Shown here piece after piece: positions 9,917 through 19,513 of a DNA stretch of 64,000 nt (the first letter of the stretch is position 1; each line of letters opens with the position of its first letter). The stretch covers positions 12,430 through 76,429 of the IMG/VR virus record IMGVR_UViG_3300025133_000069. One strand, given 5' to 3'. Made by a program: the position numbers and the translations under genes. The DNA comes from a virus. The notes under the pieces were generated by a model. It did no database searches, was not told the origin of the DNA, and saw only the letters and a list, made by a program, of their open reading frames with translations.

Positions 9917-11812
9917 ATGAAAAAAATAGCGCTAGCTTTTATGATATTTACTTTTTTGCAAATCGGTTGCAGCAATGTAGAACAAGGAGCTGGTTCTAAT
10001 GATTTAGATGTTGCGGAAGATATCTCTGAAGATGTACACAAAGAAGAAATAGTTATTGTACCTTGGGAAGAAGAGGAACCCGAACCAGATCCAGAATGTA
10101 TTGACTGTGCAATGTATTTCTGTCCTCCATTAGATGCAATTTGGAGAAAAGAAATATGCATGAATATATGCGATGATCCTCCTACACTTTACTCTGAATC
10201 TGAATGCATACAATATATGGAGTGTGATCCAACGCAATATCTTATTGACGAAGTTGAATGTATGACTGAAGATGGATATCCTGGTACCCAAGAAAAGGTT
10301 TGTAATAAAGGGTTAATACAATATACAGACTGTACTACTGCCTGTGAAGAAGAGTTGTGTAATTATGAAGACGACGACTGTGACGGTGAGATTGACGAAG
10401 GACAATTAAACGACTGTAACGAATGTGGGATTGTTCCTACAGAAGAATGTAATGGCGTCGATGATAATTGTGATGGGGATACAGACGAAGATTTAATTCA
10501 ACCCTGCATCACAGCATGCGGTGCGGGATATGAAATGTGTTATGAGGGCAATTGGATATCTTGTACGGCGCCGCCGGAGAGTGATGAGATATGTGATGGC
10601 TTGGACAATGATTGTGATGGTCAAATAGACGAAAACTTAGATTGTGTATGTACCATACAAGATATTGGAGTGTTGTTTCCATGTCAAGATGATCCTCTTA
10701 TATGTGGTCAAGGATATAAAACTTGTCAGTGTTTAGACCCTGATTGTATAGATCTTGTAATGACAGAATGTTATGCTTTGTGTTACTGGGCGCCTTCTGG
10801 CGATCCAAACGCTGTTTGTGACCCACTGATTGGTATGGAATTAGCACAGGAAAAATGTAATAATTTTGATGATAATTGTAATCAAGAGATTGATGAAGAT
10901 CTTTATGGCGCTTGCTACACAGGGCCAGAAGGCACCCTTATGGTTGGTATTTGTGTTCCTGGAGAGATGACTTGTGATGCTGGGACTTGGGGAAATTATG
11001 ATGAGGAAAATTTTATTCCATATTATTGTAAAGATGAAATAGTACCTCAAGATGAAATATGTAATGGATTAGATGATGATTGTGACGGTATAGCAGACTG
11101 GGGTGAAGAGATGAAAGAGACCGATGTCCTCTTCATCGTTGATTGGTCTGGATCGATGGGTGATGAGATGAGCGCTGTTATGATAGCATTAAATCAGTTT
11201 GCACAAAATTTCAGCGATGAGGATGTTATTAAGTGGGCATTTATGCGGGGCCCAGTGGCCGTGTTACCTTCAACTTATGATGAACGTTTGGAGCTAATAC
11301 AAGATTTAATTGGATTTTCTGATTATTTAGTTTCATTAGCTGGAATGGATACCAGCATGCAATCAATGAGTACTGCTTACGAGATGTTATTGGACGCGAT
11401 TTATATATCAGTCCATAATATAACAGCTACGTTACCACAACCTATCTCCAATTTTGTTTGGCCCGGGGCAGCTAACTTTGGTACAAGTGTAATTGAATCG
11501 GAGCCTCCATTACAAAATTTCGATATCAGTTGGCGTTCGGGGGCTGATCGCATCATCATTGTTTTTAGTGACGAAGTACCGCAAAGTTATTTAGAACCAA
11601 ATTTAAGTATAGAAGAAGTCAAAACAGCTGTTTCCGGGACACCTCAACTTAAATTATTTACATTTTCTAGGACGTCCGGGTCGTCCCAGTGGGAAGATAT
11701 AGCTGTTGCCGGCAATGGCGCTTGGTACAAACTTACAAATAATCCTACAGAAATGTATGCTAGCTTAATGGAAATTCTTGATGAAATATGTAAAGGTGAT
11801 ACAAATGAATAA
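9917..11812 (+). CDS. lipoprotein with MopE-related Cys/Asp repeats and C-terminal vWA domain
   Basis: Lipobox LQIGC; repeats ELCNYEDDDCDGEIDE, EECNGVDDNCDGDTDE, EICDGLDNDCDGQIDE, EKCNNFDDNCNQEIDE, EICNGLDDDCDG; MIDAS motif DWSGSM and later FSDE. Likely start is the ATG at 9917 (track gives 9902). Confidence 0.85.
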   Translation: MKKIALAFMIFTFLQIGCSNVEQGAGSNDLDVAEDISEDVHKEEIVIVPWEEEEPEPDPECIDCAMYFCPPLDAIWRKEICMNICDDPPTLYSESECIQYMECDPTQYLIDEVECMTEDGYPGTQEKVCNKGLIQYTDCTTACEEELCNYEDDDCDGEIDEGQLNDCNECGIVPTEECNGVDDNCDGDTDEDLIQPCITACGAGYEMCYEGNWISCTAPPESDEICDGLDNDCDGQIDENLDCVCTIQDIGVLFPCQDDPLICGQGYKTCQCLDPDCIDLVMTECYALCYWAPSGDPNAVCDPLIGMELAQEKCNNFDDNCNQEIDEDLYGACYTGPEGTLMVGICVPGEMTCDAGTWGNYDEENFIPYYCKDEIVPQDEICNGLDDDCDGIADWGEEMKETDVLFIVDWSGSMGDEMSAVMIALNQFAQNFSDEDVIKWAFMRGPVAVLPSTYDERLELIQDLIGFSDYLVSLAGMDTSMQSMSTAYEMLLDAIYISVHNITATLPQPISNFVWPGAANFGTSVIESEPPLQNFDISWRSGADRIIIVFSDEVPQSYLEPNLSIEEVKTAVSGTPQLKLFTFSRTSGSSQWEDIAVAGNGAWYKLTNNPTEMYASLMEILDEICKGDTNE

Positions 11813-12032
11813 AGTTGATGAATTAGAAGAAGAGATTGAAAAATTAGAAGAGTTAATAACAAAAGCTAAAAAAGAAAACGCAGAGCTTAAAGATGAGGTC
11901 GATTCGCTTTGGTCAATGATGGATGAAATAACAAAATCTGATATTGAAAATTTTTCTCATATTCTAGAAGATCTGAAAGCTGATATTATTACAAAGACGC
12001 TGATGATAACAAAGAAAGTAGCAGACTGTTAA
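11805..12032 (+). CDS. small coiled-coil hypothetical protein
   Basis: AAGGTG RBS, ATG at 11805; heptad-like E/K/L pattern. Confidence 0.7.
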   Translation: MNKVDELEEEIEKLEELITKAKKENAELKDEVDSLWSMMDEITKSDIENFSHILEDLKADIITKTLMITKKVADC

Positions 12033-12044
12033 GAGGAAGAATGT

Positions 12045-12650
12045 TTGTTTAAAAAAATAGTAATATTATTATCTATATTTTCCTGTTTTACATGTTCAGG
12101 CCATGGCCCTGGTGTTTTTTTATTAAATGAGAATAAACCTATTTATAAACGTTCAGTATGTGATCCAGAAAAATCTTTTCCTCAAATGATTATAATTCCT
12201 TTTTTTGAGAACGCTTCTCAGGTCGTACCGAATTGTCAAACATATCCCAAACATGAAACTACTTTGGCTTTATTTGTTTTTTATCATAATTGGACTGAAT
12301 ATTTTGGTGATAGTAATTACGCTGTTAGAGGAATGCTTGAGAAGGTTATGATTCAGTGGGGTACTGATAAGAGGGTTAGTAAAAGAGGTTATAACCTCAA
12401 AGGAAAACCTTTTGAAAATCGCAATATTATAGGACGAGTTGAATCTGATACCATGACTTGGGTTTGGCAAGGTTATCATCATAGAATTTCACAAAGTGCT
12501 TTGTTTCATGAATTAGTTCATTTAGCATTGCGTGCCAAGTATGGCACTGCAGATCCAGACCACGAAGGTTCGAAATATCGTGGATGGACGCCGGCCCACT
12601 CTGCAATGATCGTTGAATCTAAACAAATGTTATCTGCCTTTAATTTATAG
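12045..12650 (+). CDS. secreted/lipoprotein zinc metallopeptidase-like protein
   Basis: Signal peptide; HExxH motif LFHELVHLAL. Confidence 0.6.
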   Translation: MFKKIVILLSIFSCFTCSGHGPGVFLLNENKPIYKRSVCDPEKSFPQMIIIPFFENASQVVPNCQTYPKHETTLALFVFYHNWTEYFGDSNYAVRGMLEKVMIQWGTDKRVSKRGYNLKGKPFENRNIIGRVESDTMTWVWQGYHHRISQSALFHELVHLALRAKYGTADPDHEGSKYRGWTPAHSAMIVESKQMLSAFNL

Positions 12651-12662
12651 GAGGGTTTATGA

Positions 12663-12908
12663 TTGAAATATTTTATTAGTTTTACTATTTTCCTTTTTAT
12701 TTTTTTAAATGCGACTGCTACTGTCGCCAAACAGCCTAAATCTAAATTTTATGATTTTAATGAACAGATTATTGATGGCGAAGTAAAAAAACCGACGACC
12801 CTCTACACAAATGCCAGACAACAAGTAAAATTTGATCGACTTATGAAACTAAAAAAAAGTTTTTTACCAAAATTATTTGCTACTGCCAAAGAAAGAGTTT
12901 TCAAATAA
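12663..12908 (+). CDS. secreted peptide resembling myxobacterial gliding-motility protein CglF/GltF
   Basis: Signal peptide, then YDFNEQIIDGEVKKPTTLY...RQQVKFDRLMKLKKSFLPKL, matching the recalled CglF pattern DF..IxG..KP...Y..R...F..L....F.P.L. Confidence 0.6.
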   Translation: MKYFISFTIFLFIFLNATATVAKQPKSKFYDFNEQIIDGEVKKPTTLYTNARQQVKFDRLMKLKKSFLPKLFATAKERVFK

Positions 12909-12913
12909 GAAAA

Positions 12914-12923
12914 ACTATTTATA
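12914..12923 (+). promoter_or_regulatory. putative late promoter motif ACTATTTATA
   Basis: Recurrent motif ending 17 nt upstream of the ATG at 12941. Confidence 0.5.
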
Positions 12924-12940
12924 TAGATCTGGAGCGTAAA

Positions 12941-15112
12941 ATGAAATCATATCACGATAATTGGCGTAATTTTTTAACAGAGGCGACCCCAATAAGACAA
13001 GACGATGGCGGTCCTGTCATGGTGGATAGTAGTTCGCTAGAGGAAGGCAGATATACTGCTGAAGCCTTGACGAGAGTGGCCGAAGACACAGGGGTTAACC
13101 CAGCCTGGCTATGGGGCTTAATGGGCGCGGAATCAGGCGGCGGTAGAGGTAAATTTAGAGGTGGAAAATGTCAGGCGCGCGCATTCAATAATTATTTGCT
13201 TAAAGATCGCTGGGTGACGTACGAAAGTGGAAAGCGCGTTTTTAAAAGAGGCTATACCACCATATATAATGAAGATATTAAAGCCGTAAGAAATGCCGGC
13301 GTGAGAACTCGTGGTCAAACTTATGGTGATTCTCGCAAAGATCGATCTGCCGATTCACAGTTTCATAAATGTTTTAAAGTTGCGCCCAAGAGCGCAATTG
13401 CGGTTGCTGCCTGGGGCGCCAATCAAGTAATGGGTTTCAACATTAAAGAAATGTGGGAAAATGACCCACAAGGCTTCTATGATCGATGGTATGGTAACAA
13501 TGGAGCAAACCAGTGTGCGATGAGTGAAGAAGCAAGTAGGGTTTATAATGCAGCGCCGCGGCGGAATGCGAAGCTTCAGAGATACTCTAATAATGCTGTT
13601 TTTGGGGGAATCAATGGTGCATATAGAAGTTGGCAGAGCATTGTACAAATATATCATGGGTCATCGCCCGGAAGTGAAAAAAATACAAGATATGTAAGTT
13701 CGGCCAGAAAAGCAGCAAAACAATTTATAGCAAAGTTCCCCAACCAGATGAGACAGTGGTGGAAAGATCGTGGCAAAAGCGAAGAAGAAATCAATACTTT
13801 TTTCAGAAGATGGAGGGTTAATCCCGGCGAGGCCTCAGTTGCAACACCAGCTTCTCCAGAATTGCCAATTGAGCCTGTATCAGAAATCAAACATAGAAAA
13901 ATTCTTGTAATTGGTGATTCCAACACAGCTCGTATGAAAGCAGCTCTAACCCAAAAATATGGCGGGGATCCAAATACTGAAATAAAAGTTTGGGGCAGGG
14001 GTGTTGAAGATGGTGTGGCTACAACGACGAAATATATCTATAAAAATATAAAAGATCCAAATTCTAAATTAAAAAAACTCATTAATAACTTTAATCCAAC
14101 TCATATTGTTATAGGTTCATTAGGTGGAAATGATTGGGCATATGCTTGTCCCGGTCGAGAAGAGACACTACAAAGTTATATTAAAAATTATGTAAAACCA
14201 CTTATGATATATATTAAAGCGCACAATGGATCATGGGGGGGTTTACCGCCGGCTGGGCCGGAGGCGACAAGAAAGTGTAAAGGTAAGTCTATACTTTTTC
14301 AACCAATGAGGGCTAAAATTAATGATAGATATAAACAAGTTGCAGAAGACATAGGCTTAGAATATCGCGATGTTATAGGTTCAGGCTTTTTCAATCCTCC
14401 AGGTGATAAATATCATATTCCACAAAAAAAGTGGATAGACTATTTTAAAGATAATACTCTTGTGAGAAAAAAAATAAAAAAGAAATTCCCATTACGTTTA
14501 GATGTACCTGGTACAATTGTAGTTAAAACACATCCTCCACATGGAACTTCATGGGAAAGACCCTTCCCAGAAAAAGGATTACCATGGGGCATGAAGTGGC
14601 CTGAAGATCAAATCAACTTAGATATATCACAAATAGATGATTTCGAAGTAGCTTGTCATTTCTGGAACAATCCTGAACATGAAAGTTTCTGGGGTTTTAC
14701 AAATTATAAAAAGAAAGGTATGATTCTTAACAGAGAAGATCCATATGGTGAGATCCATGATGCGATAGAGGAATTATGGGAAGAGGCGATCGCTAGTGTA
14801 ACTGAAGATTGCCCTGAAGGTACAAACTGCCGCGTTGATACAACTCCCTGGGTCACTAAACAAATTAACAAACGTATTAAAAGAGGTGATTTAGAAAGTC
14901 CCGTAATTACTCATTGGAAGACAGAAGATATTATTGAACTTTTTAATAAAACAAGAAGTCGTTATCCAACACGCTGGAAGCCTTGGTTTAAAGCAGGAAT
15001 GTGTGATGGCGACTATGAATCAAAAATTAAAAGTCTTCTCGACCAAGAAGAAATAGAAGAGAGAGAAAGAGAAAAACACCGAAAACTATTCCGGCGTATG
15101 ATGAACCGATAA
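12941..15112 (+). CDS. leader-tagged N-acetylmuramidase-like (DUF3380 type) + SGNH multidomain protein
   Basis: Leader MKSYHDNWRNFLTE; muramidase-like AESGG...AAWGANQVMGFN...YHG; SGNH motifs ILVIGDSN, SLGGND, DKYH. Confidence 0.7.
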   Translation: MKSYHDNWRNFLTEATPIRQDDGGPVMVDSSSLEEGRYTAEALTRVAEDTGVNPAWLWGLMGAESGGGRGKFRGGKCQARAFNNYLLKDRWVTYESGKRVFKRGYTTIYNEDIKAVRNAGVRTRGQTYGDSRKDRSADSQFHKCFKVAPKSAIAVAAWGANQVMGFNIKEMWENDPQGFYDRWYGNNGANQCAMSEEASRVYNAAPRRNAKLQRYSNNAVFGGINGAYRSWQSIVQIYHGSSPGSEKNTRYVSSARKAAKQFIAKFPNQMRQWWKDRGKSEEEINTFFRRWRVNPGEASVATPASPELPIEPVSEIKHRKILVIGDSNTARMKAALTQKYGGDPNTEIKVWGRGVEDGVATTTKYIYKNIKDPNSKLKKLINNFNPTHIVIGSLGGNDWAYACPGREETLQSYIKNYVKPLMIYIKAHNGSWGGLPPAGPEATRKCKGKSILFQPMRAKINDRYKQVAEDIGLEYRDVIGSGFFNPPGDKYHIPQKKWIDYFKDNTLVRKKIKKKFPLRLDVPGTIVVKTHPPHGTSWERPFPEKGLPWGMKWPEDQINLDISQIDDFEVACHFWNNPEHESFWGFTNYKKKGMILNREDPYGEIHDAIEELWEEAIASVTEDCPEGTNCRVDTTPWVTKQINKRIKRGDLESPVITHWKTEDIIELFNKTRSRYPTRWKPWFKAGMCDGDYESKIKSLLDQEEIEEREREKHRKLFRRMMNR

Positions 15113-15117
15113 AGCAT

Positions 15118-15705
15118 ATGACACGTAAAAAGAAACAAATTGATGAACAGATTCAGGGTTCAAATAGATCAAGACCGGGCAGCGCCATGGCTTCTTTTGA
15201 ACAGCCAAATGAGCCATGGATGGAACCATGGGACGATTTTAAAAGTGATGCGCAAGAACCAAGTAGTGGTAGCATAATGAAAATTGTCTTACACAGGAAT
15301 GGCTTTTGTTTATTTCTTCGTAATGAGCAGGGTTTGGATTTACCGGGGGGCCATATGGAAAGGGATGATTTTACTAAGATTGAGGCGCTCAGGAGAGAGG
15401 TTCTTGAAGAGACTGGTTTAACACTTTCAACTGATGATCGTGATATAGTTGAACTATTTGGTTTAGAACTAGCACATCCTAGAAAGCACTATTATGTGGG
15501 CCCGTTGCCGGGCGGCAAGTGTCACGCAAGCGGGGAACACATAGGAGGTTGTGAAGAAGTTAGATTAGAAGATGTAGAAAATAGGGACGATATTTCTGCA
15601 GAATATAAAGAAGTTATACGTAAAGTACTAAATACAATTGTAGATAGAAGTGGTGACGACCTTCAACCCTTTGCCCCGGGCGTTGGTTTAATGGGAAAGC
15701 GTTAA
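15118..15705 (+). CDS. NUDIX hydrolase
   Basis: Nudix box LPGGHMERDDFTKIEALRREVLEETGL. Confidence 0.85.
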   Translation: MTRKKKQIDEQIQGSNRSRPGSAMASFEQPNEPWMEPWDDFKSDAQEPSSGSIMKIVLHRNGFCLFLRNEQGLDLPGGHMERDDFTKIEALRREVLEETGLTLSTDDRDIVELFGLELAHPRKHYYVGPLPGGKCHASGEHIGGCEEVRLEDVENRDDISAEYKEVIRKVLNTIVDRSGDDLQPFAPGVGLMGKR

Positions 15706-15706
15706 T

Positions 15707-17977
15707 ATGAAAAATTTAATTAAAGAAAACTTACTGGCTGTTAGTAACAAAACTTACCTTAAAGAAAATTTATTGGCTGTTAATAAAGAAACTGCCGATC
15801 TTCTTCTTGAAGTACAACTTGACGCAGAACAACAGGAATGGCGTAAAAAAATAAATGCTATGGCTCCACCAGATGTGGTGAAAGGAGGCAATGGCTCGCT
15901 TACGGAACCGCAATGGAAACAAGCAAGAAGGATGGTCTATAAAAAGGACTGGGAAGGAATAAAAAAGATAATTGAGAGGGGAACGTTCCAGAAAAATGTA
16001 CCTGGTGCGGCTGCAACATACAAAGGCGGCGCGGTTAAGCAGTGTCCAAAAGGAGAATTTAGGTCAGGAGGTGAATGTGTTAAACTTCCTCCAATTAAAA
16101 GTTTCGCGGACGCGGACGCGGTGGATGCTTACGTGAAAAGAGTAGGGCGCCGGCCGTCCTTTATATTCTTAAAATCATTAAAAAAAGTTTATAGATGGGA
16201 TGAGGAAGCAAAGAAATGGACTGAGGCTCCTCAGCTCACAGCTGCTGTTGCAGCGGACCCAGCTGTTGTTTCAGCTCCTGCTGCTGCACCGACAGCAGCA
16301 GCAGATATCCAAAAGAACTTTATTAAAAAATGCGGACCAGGGAGCAAAGAACATGGCACTCCGGTGTGTAACCAACTTAATAAATTGACAGCGCTGTGGT
16401 CCGTGCATGCCTTCGACTTCACCCATGTGAAGGACGGGGCCATATATAGAAAAGGCTTAGCAGACTTTGATCAAACTTTAGGAACTCATGGCCATATAAA
16501 AGCTGCACAACTTCTTGCAAGCCTGTTTAAGGAAGGAGAAGCTAAAAACAAAGCAAATGCAATTTTAGAAGAAATTGGAACAATTCCAATTGCTGCTGCT
16601 CCGACAGCTGAGCCTGCCGATAAAGGCGAATTAATAGGAGTTCCTCTTCTAGGTTATCAGTTTAAATCAGATGAACCTTGGAAAGTAGAGAAATTGGAAA
16701 TTTGGAATAGGCCGGATACAAAGAATAGAGAAGGCAAGATTGTTAAAAAAGGAATTAATTTGCTTAAATATGGGGGCGCCGAATTTTCTTTAGATTCTCA
16801 TTTGAAAGAAACAATGGGCTTTGCTTCTTGGGCAGCTTATAAAGGACTTAATAAAGAAGATCTTAAAAATAGAAATATCAAACCTTTCCATCTTGTCTTT
16901 ATCTTTTTGGAGTATAGAAAGAATAAGAGAGCGGAAGCCGGAGAATTTATTTCTATAAATCTTAATGAGCCTAATATCGTTGAGAGAGACAAGATCGTAG
17001 CGAACCGAATTCATCAAACTAGATTAAAATTTAAAGATTTAGTGAACACAGAAATTCTTGATGGCTATACCAATCATAAAACAATAAAAGATATAGTAAG
17101 AATGCACTTTGAGGGAGCAGATACAGTTCAATTTACTATCGGTGGTGGTGGCACAATACAAATTCCCAAATCGGCGAAGGCGGCCTTTGATCCAGAGGGC
17201 GGAAAAGGTAGTTATTTTACTCGTGCTGAGTTGACACTAGCTAAAAGAATCGGTATCAGTGCTATTCCGGTGAAGGGGGAAGTTACGCCTGGGACGCCGG
17301 TCGGTAAAGGGCCCGAAGCGCCGGTGCTCGGGCCGCCTGCGCAGGATACCCCGCCAGGCGAGCAGCCCGGGCCCGACGAGGAACCCAAGGCCGACGAGGA
17401 ACCCAAGGCCGACGAGGAACCCAAGGCCGACGAGGAGCCCTCAGAAGGGAAACCAATATTAGAGGATACTCCTTATATGAAGGCAAGAGAAATAGTTAAG
17501 AGCAATACTAGAGAGACGGCAAAGAAGTCTAAGTTAAGAAAAATTGTTAACAGCCTGGCACCTCGATTTCTTGGAGGAGATACCGATAAAAAAGTTAAAG
17601 GAGGCAGAGGCTGGTTTACAGAAAAGGACTGGAGATTGGCGAGGCGAGCGCTTAAGCGCAACAAATTCAAGGAAGTAGCTCAGCTTATTCTTGACAGGGC
17701 TCAAACTGGTTCCGAGAATTCAGGTCCTTCGATGGACAATCTCTATGACCAAGCCAAAGATGAAGCAAAAAGATTATTAAGAGATAAACCGGTTCCGGCG
17801 AGCTGGTACTCTGACGATGACGAGGACGAGGAGGCAGAGTGGGGAGTTGTGCCTGACCCACGGATGGTGGGGAGAATGTTGCTCGCAATAAAAGATAAAG
17901 ATGATATTTATAGAATGCCCGAGCCAGGATGGAAGTGGCTGAATTCGGAGAAAAAGGAGAAAGTAGTAAAGAGATAA
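15707..17977 (+). CDS. leader-tagged hypothetical protein with internally repeated domain and Pro/Ala/Glu linkers
   Basis: 756 aa; N-terminal KENLLAV twice then LLLE; DEEPKA repeats. Confidence 0.8.
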   Translation: MKNLIKENLLAVSNKTYLKENLLAVNKETADLLLEVQLDAEQQEWRKKINAMAPPDVVKGGNGSLTEPQWKQARRMVYKKDWEGIKKIIERGTFQKNVPGAAATYKGGAVKQCPKGEFRSGGECVKLPPIKSFADADAVDAYVKRVGRRPSFIFLKSLKKVYRWDEEAKKWTEAPQLTAAVAADPAVVSAPAAAPTAAADIQKNFIKKCGPGSKEHGTPVCNQLNKLTALWSVHAFDFTHVKDGAIYRKGLADFDQTLGTHGHIKAAQLLASLFKEGEAKNKANAILEEIGTIPIAAAPTAEPADKGELIGVPLLGYQFKSDEPWKVEKLEIWNRPDTKNREGKIVKKGINLLKYGGAEFSLDSHLKETMGFASWAAYKGLNKEDLKNRNIKPFHLVFIFLEYRKNKRAEAGEFISINLNEPNIVERDKIVANRIHQTRLKFKDLVNTEILDGYTNHKTIKDIVRMHFEGADTVQFTIGGGGTIQIPKSAKAAFDPEGGKGSYFTRAELTLAKRIGISAIPVKGEVTPGTPVGKGPEAPVLGPPAQDTPPGEQPGPDEEPKADEEPKADEEPKADEEPSEGKPILEDTPYMKAREIVKSNTRETAKKSKLRKIVNSLAPRFLGGDTDKKVKGGRGWFTEKDWRLARRALKRNKFKEVAQLILDRAQTGSENSGPSMDNLYDQAKDEAKRLLRDKPVPASWYSDDDEDEEAEWGVVPDPRMVGRMLLAIKDKDDIYRMPEPGWKWLNSEKKEKVVKR
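17373..17436 (+). repeat. 18-bp tandem repeat CCGACGAGGAACCCAAGG x3.5 (DEEPKA)
   Basis: Exact copies at 17373, 17391, 17409; partial copy at 17427. Confidence 0.95.
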
Positions 17978-17980
17978 ATT

Positions 17981-18835
17981 ATGAGTTGGAGAATAAACAG
18001 ATATAATAAAAAATCTTCAAAACGTTTTGGTTGGCATCCAAATTGGTTTGGTGCTTTCTTGGAAGATTTTAATGATCACTTAACTAAAGCAATCATATCT
18101 TTTCAAGAAAGACATGAAATCAAAGTTGATGGATTGGTTGGCCCTCAAACGTTTAGAAGAATATTAACATCTCGACCAGAAGAAGTCAAGCAAAAAAATC
18201 ATATTTTAATTAATGGTTTGAACGTTGCAATCGATTGGGATGTTAAAATCGATCTAATGAAGCCTAGTTGTTACAGACATCATAACTATGTTAGAAAACC
18301 AAATATGATTGTAACTCATTGGGATGCAACAACTTCTGCTGCAAAATGCAGGAGAGTTTTAGAGGCAAGAAATATTTCATCACACTTTTGTATTGATAAC
18401 GATGGCATCATTTATCAATATGTTGATACAAATAATACTGCCTGGCATGCACGAGGTGTGAACAAATATGCAATAGGTATTGATTTTAGTAATGCCTATT
18501 ACTTAAAATATCAAGATAGGTATACTTCACACATGGGTTTGAACACGAGACCTGTCTGCAATAGCAGCACCGTCCATGGCGTAAAACTGAAACCGCATTT
18601 AGGATATTACCCTGTGCAGATCGAAGCTTACAAAAAACTAGTAAAAGTTTTATGCAACCATTACGACATTCCTTTGCAGGTTCCTGTCGATGAAGATAAT
18701 AAGTTACTTACAAAAGTTCACAAAGAATCATCGAAAGGTAAATTCAAAGGTATCGTTTGTCATTATCACCTTACAAGAAATAAGATTGATTGTGCAGGAT
18801 TGGAATTAAAACGAATTATCGATTCGCTTTGCTGA
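17981..18835 (+). CDS. N-acetylmuramoyl-L-alanine amidase (endolysin) with peptidoglycan-binding domain
   Basis: PG-binding motif FQERHEIKVDGLVGPQT; Amidase_2 motifs IVTHWD, SSHFCID, AWHA, CHYH...KIDC. Confidence 0.9.
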   Translation: MSWRINRYNKKSSKRFGWHPNWFGAFLEDFNDHLTKAIISFQERHEIKVDGLVGPQTFRRILTSRPEEVKQKNHILINGLNVAIDWDVKIDLMKPSCYRHHNYVRKPNMIVTHWDATTSAAKCRRVLEARNISSHFCIDNDGIIYQYVDTNNTAWHARGVNKYAIGIDFSNAYYLKYQDRYTSHMGLNTRPVCNSSTVHGVKLKPHLGYYPVQIEAYKKLVKVLCNHYDIPLQVPVDEDNKLLTKVHKESSKGKFKGIVCHYHLTRNKIDCAGLELKRIIDSLC

Positions 18836-19019
18836 TTACTTCTATCTTTTTTGGTTGAAGAATATTATGTACAGCGAACCTTTGAGCTATTTTTTTATTA
18901 AGCCAGAATACCTCAATGTCTTTTGTCGCCCACTTCCTTTTAACCAATCCAATAGGTTTCTCTAATAATTTGGACATCCCTTTTAAAGTAACGAGATCTC
19001 CCACTTGTATTTCTGTCAT
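18816..19019 (-). CDS. small SH3/KOW-like hypothetical protein
   Basis: IQVGDLVTLK...IGLVKR pattern, common in phage small proteins. Confidence 0.55.
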   Translation of the reverse strand: MTEIQVGDLVTLKGMSKLLEKPIGLVKRKWATKDIEVFWLNKKIAQRFAVHNILQPKKIEVISKANR

Positions 19020-19071
19020 ATTAAGATTATTCCGTACTATTTAAAAATAGCATGCTGGAGCTAATTTAAAT

Positions 19072-19278
19072 ATGTTTTGTAATAAAAAAGTTTTTAGTAA
19101 ATTTCTATTATTTTCGATAATATTGTTACTGTCTAGTTTTTGTTGCAATGCTATTTTTGTTTCTGCCTCACCCCCCAAACATACAACGACTTCTTTAGAA
19201 AAAAGAGTAAATGTTGAAGTTCAACAGCGAACTATAATTCAAAACCTAAGACGTATTGAAGATAAGTTGGATCGTTAA
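19072..19278 (+). CDS. small secreted/membrane protein with coiled-coil tail
   Basis: Signal-like N-terminus; ACTATTTA motif at 19036. Confidence 0.55.
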   Translation: MFCNKKVFSKFLLFSIILLLSSFCCNAIFVSASPPKHTTTSLEKRVNVEVQQRTIIQNLRRIEDKLDR

Positions 19279-19282
19279 AAAC

Positions 19283-19513
19283 ATGGCAAATAATATTAAT
19301 TTTCAAAGTGTTAAAGATTGGATTACCTTTAGTATTGCAGTGGTCGCTTGTGTTACTGCTACAATATTTTGGGTTCAAACTTCTCATGATTCAGAATTGG
19401 CTCGAATTGATACCAAGGTGGAAAAAATTCAAGAGCAAATTGATAAAATTCGCGATAATAACAACGAGATCTTACGCATCATTGGTCGCTTAGAGGGCAA
19501 GATTGATGGCTAA
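19283..19513 (+). CDS. single-TM coiled-coil protein (possible lysis accessory)
   Basis: TM segment ITFSIAVVACVTATIFWV followed by heptads; close to the endolysin. Function inferred. Confidence 0.55.
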   Translation: MANNINFQSVKDWITFSIAVVACVTATIFWVQTSHDSELARIDTKVEKIQEQIDKIRDNNNEILRIIGRLEGKIDG

